Below are positions 57,370-64,000 of a stretch of 64,000 bases of DNA, piece by piece. How positions within the stretch are numbered: position 1 is the stretch's first letter; the number at the start of each line of letters is the position of its first letter. Where the stretch lies: contig CAXULY010000027.1 of assembly GCA_964252075.1 (NCBI GenBank), positions 1 through 64,000 on the forward strand. The letters run 5' to 3'. The DNA is from an uncultured Deinococcaceae bacterium (GTDB lineage: Bacteria > Deinococcota > Deinococci > Deinococcales > Deinococcaceae). Position numbers and translations under genes: made by a program. The notes beneath the pieces are model-generated. The model searched no databases. It worked only from the letters and a program-made list of their open reading frames with translations, and had not been told where the DNA came from.

Positions 57370-58185
57370 GTGAGGACCGCCGACCAGATCCCCGGGTACC
57401 GCCTCACCTCCCTGCCGCCCGTGTACCAGTTCACGCACCTGCAGAGCCGCTGGGCGTGGTCCACCGCGGGCGTGTTCCTGATCATGCACGAGGGCCTCCC
57501 GCACTGGTTCGCCACGAACGGCTACAGCGCCATGCTCACCCCCGCGCTGGTCCTCGGGGACGAAGGGCCCGGCCTGTTCGAGATCAGCGTCCCGCAGCGC
57601 TGCTACATCAGCGGGCACATCAAGGCGCTGTTCCAGCACGTGAAGGGCAGCGACGTCATCTACGAACTGGAGACCGGGAACCTCATCAGCCAGGACGGCA
57701 TCGTGATCGTCCCGCCGTACGTGCGGGAGGTCGACCCGGGCGAGGACCCCGAGCCGGTGCGCCTCCCGGACATCGAGCGGGTGTTCGCGGGCGAGCCGAG
57801 CGCGCAGGAACGCTTCGACTTCGACTGGAACTTCATCGCGGGCGTCCGCGCGGCCTTCAAGGCGCACAACAAGGAAGCCTACCTGGTCATGACGAGCCTC
57901 GAGGGGAACCGCGTGCTGCTGGAGATCGACAAGCCGTACCCCGGAAAGGTGCTCGTGGCGATGCAGGGCGCGGTGGAGGCCTGGAAGGCCGACGACCAGC
58001 CCGCGGATCAGCCGACCCTGAGTGAAGCGGCCGTGGACTTCGTCGCGGATGCCATCCAGCCCGGCGAGGACATGACCATCACGGTGAGTTCCGGCGACAC
58101 GAGCGTCACCATCACGCCCGAAACCGCGAAGAAGGCCCGCCGCCTCCGTCAGAACCTGCGCCTCGGACGCCAGGCGGACGCATGA
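57370..58185 (+). CDS. Hypothetical protein with weak beta-clamp-like motifs
   Basis: FATNGY and LPDIERVF resemble clamp ATDGHRL and YPDYxRVI. Confidence 0.45.
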   Translation: MRTADQIPGYRLTSLPPVYQFTHLQSRWAWSTAGVFLIMHEGLPHWFATNGYSAMLTPALVLGDEGPGLFEISVPQRCYISGHIKALFQHVKGSDVIYELETGNLISQDGIVIVPPYVREVDPGEDPEPVRLPDIERVFAGEPSAQERFDFDWNFIAGVRAAFKAHNKEAYLVMTSLEGNRVLLEIDKPYPGKVLVAMQGAVEAWKADDQPADQPTLSEAAVDFVADAIQPGEDMTITVSSGDTSVTITPETAKKARRLRQNLRLGRQADA

Positions 58186-59299
58186 AGCCCGACGACCTGA
58201 ACGACCGCCTGGACGCCGAGGAATGCCCGCCCGCCCCGCTGGAACTGCAGCTCTTGGAGCAGCAGGGCCAGGCGCTCGCCGAGCATGCCGGGGCGTGCGG
58301 GTACACCGCGGTGGTGGTGATCGTCGAGACGGACCCCGAAGGCGGCCGCCCCGGCACCCTGGTGACGCACGTACCGGACCACCCGGAACTGCGCGCCCTG
58401 AGCGCCCGGGTGCTGCGGGAGTTCGCGTCCACCATCGAGCGCGGCCCACTCGAACGGCAGCGGAGCGGCCCGTGAAAGCGCCGTCCGGCATGGTCCTGGC
58501 CTTCGGGGCGCGCGGACACCTGGCGGGCGCCACCTGCGACGACCACCCAGACGTGACCGACACCTTTGTCCACGTGCACGGGCGGCTGGGGCACACGGTG
58601 GAGCGCCTGGGCGCGGACGCGGTGATGCCGCGCCTGGCGCGCAGCGTGGATGAACTCGACGACCGCCTGCCCCCACCGGACGAGATGCCCGAACGGGCCC
58701 AGCAGGCCGCGCCGGAAGCGCCGCTCCCCTGGGAGGACGAACCCGACACCCCTACCCCCGCCCCGGTCGGTCAGCTGGTCCGGACCCTCGCCAGCCTCAT
58801 CGATGAGGCGAGGACCACGGCGAAGCCGCAGGCCACGCGGCTCAGCAAAGGCCTGGAGCTCCTCGTGCACCACGACCAGGGAGGGCTGTACGTCGGCCTG
58901 CACCGACCCGACACCCCCGTCGGCGCCCTTGAGATCGACACGGTGCAGCGGGACCTCGGCTGGGCGGACGCGCAGCGCGAGGAGCGCCCCGCGAAGGCCG
59001 GCGGGCCGCCCTGGATCATCCTGCGGCGGCCCCCACCCCCACCGCCGGAGGTCAAGACCGCCAAGGAGCTGGAGGAGGCCCGCAAGCGCGCGGAACGCCA
59101 GGCGAAGATCGAGCGCATCCTCGCCAGCAAACCGCACCTGGGCTTCGGCCCGGACAGCCTCGCGGTGCGCGCGGCGGCCGTGCGGGACATGAAGGACGCC
59201 GAGCTCGACGAGGAGATCGCGCTGCTGGAGCGCTGGCCATTTCTCGAGTGCCCGCAGCGCTGCTGGGAGACCGGCAGGCACCACGGACGCAGCCCATGA
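58182..59299 (+). other. Two coupled hypothetical ORFs (58182-58475; 58472-59299)
   Basis: Stop/start overlaps. Confidence 0.6.
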
Positions 59300-59599
59300 C
59301 CAGGACGCCCTCAACAACGCCCACGAGGCAATGTCACTCAATACACGAACCCATGAGAGCGTGCTAATCTGCGTGCAACCGGCGAGGACCGAACACCTCA
59401 AAGGATTCACCCCCCAGGCTGTGGCGGCCCGAGGGGTGAAGGTACAGCAGAGAACTCGTGGAAGGGTTCTGATAACCGGGGCGCGAGCCCCAGTCCTTGC
59501 CCACATCCTAGCGGAGGGAGTGGGCGCCGTCAATCAGACGGCGCGGCCTGTGGCGGGCCCAGCACCCCGAACCTTCGGGGACCGCGCGAGACCAACGAC

Positions 59600-61213
59600 G
59601 TGACTCAAGCAGGCTCAGGCCCGACGAAAGACTTCCGTGATTTTCTCCTCTGGGAGCGCGAATCACGCGACACCATCGACTTCAAGAAGATCTACGTGGA
59701 CATGGCCGCCGACCTTAAGGGCGGGCTGCTGCTCTCGCAGATCATTTACTGGCGCCTGCCCCGCAAGGACCGCGACGTCGACGACAGCCGCCTCAGCATC
59801 GAGAAGCACGGCCGGCGCTGGCTGGCGAAGGCGGACGCCGAGTGGTACGCCGAAATCCGCCTCACCGCCACCGAAGCGCGCGCCGCGCGCCTGGTGCTCG
59901 AGGCGCGCGGGCTGATCACCTGCAAGACCATGCGCTTCTACGGCGACCCCACCACGCACATCACCGTGAACGAGGAGCGCTTCACCGAACTGTGGACGGA
60001 GATGCTGAACACGCCCGTCGAGGTGCGCAACGCCGGACGCATGGGCGACAAGGTCAAGCGCAGCGAGGTCACCAAGGCCCGCAAGCCCGGCTCGAAGCCC
60101 ACCAGCGGCTTCCGGCGCGCCAAAGCAGGCGATGAGGTGAGCGGGTCGGTCCCCTCCGAGGATGACCCGGGGGAGGAATCCCGTTATTACGAAAATCACA
60201 ATAACGGGATTATGGAAACCACAAAAACGGGATTATCGGAACCACAAAAACCGGATTACGAAAACGGCAATAACCCGATTACCGAAACCATAATTTCCTT
60301 AACAGAGAGTCCAGCAGAGATCCCTGCAGAGACTCCGACAGAGAGCACCAGCAGCACCAATCAGCTGGAAGGTGACGCGCGCGCCCACGAAGTGCCGGGT
60401 GCTGCTGCTGCGGTTGAACCGGAACCCGAAGAAGACCCGTTGCTCGACGAGCTGGTCCGGGGGACCGGCGGGGCGCCTGACGGCGCCGGCCCTCACGGGC
60501 CGAACGCAGGCGACGCTCCCCCATCCCGCGTCCCGGTTCAGCCCCAGGCCCTGCAGGCCGCACGACCGGTCACCACCTCCGAGAAGGTTCCGCCGGCCGC
60601 CGCGCCGAAGTACGCGATGCTGGCCCTGCAGCCCATCCCGCGCGCCGAGCTGGACGCGCGGGCGCCCCGCGGGGCGGGGGTGCTGCTGAAGGCGCTGCTG
60701 AACGCCAGCAGCCCGAAGCGCCAGGCGCACCTGCAGGCGTACCTGGGCGGCGCGACGCAGACGGGCGGCGTCCCGCGCGACCTGCTGCTGCGCCTCACGG
60801 ACGAGGAACTGCTCGCCGCGCAGGCGGCCGCCAAGGCCGACGCGCACCACCCGGGCGGCATGACGAAATTCAGCCACCTCGCCCTCGACCGCCTGATCGG
60901 CGCGCCCATCACGCAGGCCGTGATCGAAGGCACCGACGCCCGGACGCCCGAGCCGGGCGGCGCCGCGTACCGCGTCACGAACGAACCCCGCCAGCAGGCC
61001 CAGGTGGAGCGTGCGCCGGAGCCCAGTGAGCCCGCCGAGGACTACCGGGTGGGCGCGCAGTGGCGGCGCCGCGACGACGGCCAGCTCGTCACCATCCAGG
61101 AGGTGCAGGGCGCCAAGCGCGTGCTGAGCGACGGCACCACCATCGAGCTGTTCCGTCTGGTGCAGCGCTACGCCTTCCACGCGGTCGCGCCCGCGGACGC
61201 CGTGGCGTCCTGA
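59600..61213 (+). CDS. Phage replication initiator (N-terminal wHTH)
   Basis: GLLLSQIIYW...WLAK...W..EI.LT...LEARGLI; internal iterons. Confidence 0.8.
   Translation: MTQAGSGPTKDFRDFLLWERESRDTIDFKKIYVDMAADLKGGLLLSQIIYWRLPRKDRDVDDSRLSIEKHGRRWLAKADAEWYAEIRLTATEARAARLVLEARGLITCKTMRFYGDPTTHITVNEERFTELWTEMLNTPVEVRNAGRMGDKVKRSEVTKARKPGSKPTSGFRRAKAGDEVSGSVPSEDDPGEESRYYENHNNGIMETTKTGLSEPQKPDYENGNNPITETIISLTESPAEIPAETPTESTSSTNQLEGDARAHEVPGAAAAVEPEPEEDPLLDELVRGTGGAPDGAGPHGPNAGDAPPSRVPVQPQALQAARPVTTSEKVPPAAAPKYAMLALQPIPRAELDARAPRGAGVLLKALLNASSPKRQAHLQAYLGGATQTGGVPRDLLLRLTDEELLAAQAAAKADAHHPGGMTKFSHLALDRLIGAPITQAVIEGTDARTPEPGGAAYRVTNEPRQQAQVERAPEPSEPAEDYRVGAQWRRRDDGQLVTIQEVQGAKRVLSDGTTIELFRLVQRYAFHAVAPADAVAS
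60185..60299 (+). repeat. Five AT-rich 23-bp tandem repeats (iteron origin)
   Basis: (G/T)ATTA at 60185, 60208, 60231, 60254 and 60277. Confidence 0.85.
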
Positions 61214-61237
61214 CCGCGCGGCCGCACCGGAGAGGTT

Positions 61238-62434
61238 ATGGCCAGGCGCACGAGCAAAGCTGAACTGGAGGCGCTGCGCGCCGAGGCGGAGGTCCTGGTG
61301 CAGCAGCACGTCTTCGGCAGTGTGCGCAGCGCGATGCAGGCGCTGGGGCGCAGTCGAGGCTTCATCCCCGACCCGACGGCCGGCGCCCCCACCATCCTGG
61401 AGCTCGAGCCCAGCAGCACACGCGGCCCCTCGACCGACCAGGCGGAATAACCGTGAAGCGCCCGGTGGTGTGGTTGTCGCCCGGCACGTGGGACTGGACC
61501 GTGCGCGACGACCCCTCACCCAGCGGCTTCCACCTGTCGCGCCGGCAGAAATCCGCGCGAACGTGGACGCTCGATGAGCTTCTGACCTCCCCCGCCCCGG
61601 GTGAGCCCGTGACGGTGCACCTGCTCGGCGTGGTCGGCGGTCACACCATCATGGCCGCGCACGGTGGCGTGCTGTACGTCGCGCTGATCGCCTCGGGCCT
61701 CAAGCCCAATGACCGGGACCGCCTGCAGGCGACCCGACTCGGCTTCACGCTCTAGCGCCGCCCCACAACCCAACGCTTCACCCGCAGCGCTCGCCACCAC
61801 GGCGGGCGCGCTGCATTGGAGAACCATGATCGATGACCTCACAGACGCGGTCGGCCGCCTGGCGGCCTACCGCAGCCTGCCGCCCGCCGAGCGCGCTCGG
61901 TACCGCCAGATGGCCGAAGACGACGCCCGCAGCGACCGCCTGCAGCTGGGCGCCGTCTGGAGTGAAGCGCAGATCGAACGGCGCGCCGCGCAACTCGCCC
62001 ACGACGTGCCCACCTGGGGCGTGACCGCGGATGGCTGAGTGCATCGCCTGCGGGGCGCCGACCAAGGACAACGCCGCCACCCGCTGCCGCACGTGCCGCA
62101 AACCCGTGTGCGAGCGGTGCATCCTGTACGCCCCCACCGGGCGCGAGTACTGCCCGGACTGCTTCGAGGACCTCGACGTCAGCGAATGGTCCGGCGAGGA
62201 CGACCCATGAAGGCCCTGCAGGCCTTCCGGGTGATGCGCCGCGAGGACGTCAGCGGGAACACCGGCACGGGGCACGTCGCGGACGCCGTGCGCTTCCCGA
62301 ACGGCAAGGCGGCCATCGCCTTCCGCGAGGGCGCGCGCAGCGTCGCGCTGTACGACTCCCTCGAGGACCTCATCGCCACGCACGGGCACGATGGCCGCAC
62401 CGTCCTGGAGCCCGTCGCGGTGGAGCCCGCGTGA
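61238..62434 (+). other. Small ORFs 61238-61450; 61453-61755; 61826-62038; 62031-62210 (8-Cys Zn finger); 62207-62434
   Basis: Coupled ORFs; CIAC..CRTC..CERC..CPDC; DVSGNTGTG motif. Confidence 0.65.
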
Positions 62435-62808
62435 CGGCCCAGGACCCCGCGGCGCTCGTGGCGGCCCTGCCCGCCCGGGCCCGCCAGGTGCTGGACCTGA
62501 TCGTCGCGGGCCGCACGAACGCCGAGATCGCCGTGGAGCTCGACGTGACGGAGAAGACCATCCGCAACCACAGCGTGCAGCTCTTCGACCGCCTCGGCGT
62601 GCGCAACCGCACGGAGGCCGCCGTCCTGGCCGTGCAGGCCAGGAGCGCCCCGGCCGCCACGCGCTTATGCCTGCAGCGGGCCGTGCATGAACTGGAGCGC
62701 ATGGAGCGGGCGCTGGGCGCGCAGAACACCCCCCTCGCCCTGGAACGCCTGAACACCAGCCTGCGCCACGTCCGCGAGGTCCTCACCGACCTGGGCGGCG
62801 CGCCGTGA
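62431..62808 (+). CDS. LuxR-type HTH regulator
   Basis: GRTNAEIAVELDVTEKTIRNH...LGVRNRTEA. Confidence 0.9.
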   Translation: MTAQDPAALVAALPARARQVLDLIVAGRTNAEIAVELDVTEKTIRNHSVQLFDRLGVRNRTEAAVLAVQARSAPAATRLCLQRAVHELERMERALGAQNTPLALERLNTSLRHVREVLTDLGGAP

Positions 62809-63107
62809 CGGTCCTCGCGCAGTTCCACCACACCGACGAGCGCGGCCGCGCCGCCTCCGGCCTCCTGCGCCGCCACCCCGACGGCACGGTCGTGTTCATG
62901 TGGCGCACCACCGCCATGCCCAGCGTCGCCTTCTGGTACACGAAAACGCTGCTGCAGGCGTGGGGGTGGTACCGGCGCCACCGCGCGGACTGGGCGTTCC
63001 TCGGGCGGCCCCCCATCCCCATCGCGGAATACGAAGCGCGCCGCCTGCGCCAGCGCGCCGAGGGGATGCTCGCGCAGGCCGCGCAGCTGGAGAGCGGTCC
63101 GCGATGA
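62805..63107 (+). CDS. Hypothetical protein
   Basis: Coupled ORF. Confidence 0.55.
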   Translation: MTVLAQFHHTDERGRAASGLLRRHPDGTVVFMWRTTAMPSVAFWYTKTLLQAWGWYRRHRADWAFLGRPPIPIAEYEARRLRQRAEGMLAQAAQLESGPR

Positions 63108-63159
63108 CCGCCGTCCCATCTTTGACTTCTGACCGGGGGCGCACAACGTTGGTGCTCCC

Positions 63160-64000
63160 ATGAACGTCCAGATCGTCCTGTTCGCCACCTGCGACCGCTG
63201 CGGGCTCAGCGGCGAGCGCTACTTCGGCCCCTTCGACGAGTTCCCCGGCATCGACCCCTGCCGCGCTGGTCTGATCCGGCACGGCTGGACGGTCACCGAC
63301 CGGCTCACCCTCTGCCCGCAGTGCACGCGGGCCCGAAAGGCCAGCATGACGGACCCCCAGGACACCCCACCGGCCGTCACTCCGGACGCGCCCCGCCCCC
63401 TGAGTGATTTTGGGCTCATCGACCGCACGCTCAGCATTTACCTCACCGTGATGGAGGACCACGCGAATCAGGTCCCCGCACTCGAACGTGAACTCGCGGA
63501 CGTGCAGGCCCGCCTCGACCACGCGCGGAGCGCGCAGCGCAAGCTGCAGGTGCTCGACCCGCTCATCCGCGAGGTGTCCAGCGGCGACTGGACGCTCGTC
63601 GCGATGGTCACGGCCGCGCTGGAACAGGCACAGAACGGCGTGCAACTGGACGCGAGGCCTCCAGGAGCGCCACCGCTGGAGTTCATTCAGGGCGGCCCGC
63701 TGGTGATCAAGCCCCTGGTCAACCTGGCAGGTCCGAGCGGTGCACCCATCGACCCTGCACCTGCGGCTGAGCCGCCCGTGTCCCTTCCCGGTGACGATGC
63801 CGAGCCGCGCGGTCCGGACACGTCGAAATCGCGGTCGGATCTCGACCCCTTCGAAGGGGCGGACGCGACCGAGGCCGAACTGGAGGGCGCCCCCAGCGCT
63901 TCGGAATCGCCTGAGCCGCCGGTCGTCGACACGGCCGCCACAAGCGTTGAGGCGACCCTCCAGACGACGACCCCATCCCCCGCCCCCACCCACCTGCGGA
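63160..64000 (+). CDS. Zn-finger-containing protein, open at the window end
   Basis: CDRC...GW...CPQC, then a coiled-coil/Pro-rich frame with no stop seen. Confidence 0.6.
   Translation, partial: MNVQIVLFATCDRCGLSGERYFGPFDEFPGIDPCRAGLIRHGWTVTDRLTLCPQCTRARKASMTDPQDTPPAVTPDAPRPLSDFGLIDRTLSIYLTVMEDHANQVPALERELADVQARLDHARSAQRKLQVLDPLIREVSSGDWTLVAMVTAALEQAQNGVQLDARPPGAPPLEFIQGGPLVIKPLVNLAGPSGAPIDPAPAAEPPVSLPGDDAEPRGPDTSKSRSDLDPFEGADATEAELEGAPSASESPEPPVVDTAATSVEATLQTTTPSPAPTHLR

Larger units (their letters stand above)
1..64000. mobile_element. Temperate prophage / phage-plasmid segment (both ends outside the window)
   Basis: Lysis, tail-fibre, repressor/cro, antirepressor and replication-initiator modules in typical phage order, plus ParA, ParB and a tyrosine recombinase. 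Confidence 0.9.

Noticed and set aside
60185..60299. 23-bp repeats as a CRISPR array
   Set aside because: Contiguous degenerate repeats without spacers

Overview
GC-rich temperate phage or phage-plasmid segment, most likely from a Deinococcus-type host. The host is inferred from many leaderless genes with a TANNNT -10 box 5-7 nt before the start codon. Layout, left to right: (1) 1-13.6 kb late region with membrane/holin-like genes, an M15 endolysin, a lytic transglycosylase, a papain-like protease and three large tail-fibre/beta-helix proteins. (2) 13.7-33.2 kb accessory region with an AT-rich PD-(D/E)xK nuclease, an orphan receiver protein, HigBA, a molybdate uptake/MOSC operon lacking modC, ParA plus a small partner, a CoiA-like nuclease, two tRNA genes, an AT-rich ATPase, a QueC-nuclease fusion with a Gly-initiating partner, and a beta-clamp homologue. 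(3) 33.3-49.1 kb leftward early operon including a large ParB-family protein. (4) 49.2-52.3 kb decision region. (5) 52.3-64 kb rightward early operon with a tyrosine recombinase, an antirepressor and a replication initiator carrying iterons. The main hypothesis is an arbitrium-like peptide communication module beside the immunity region. It consists of a 489-aa helical-repeat protein, an unannotated 49-aa secreted peptide gene (50762-50911) and a small ORF running antisense into the repressor. All functional calls come from motifs recognised by eye; no database searches were run.
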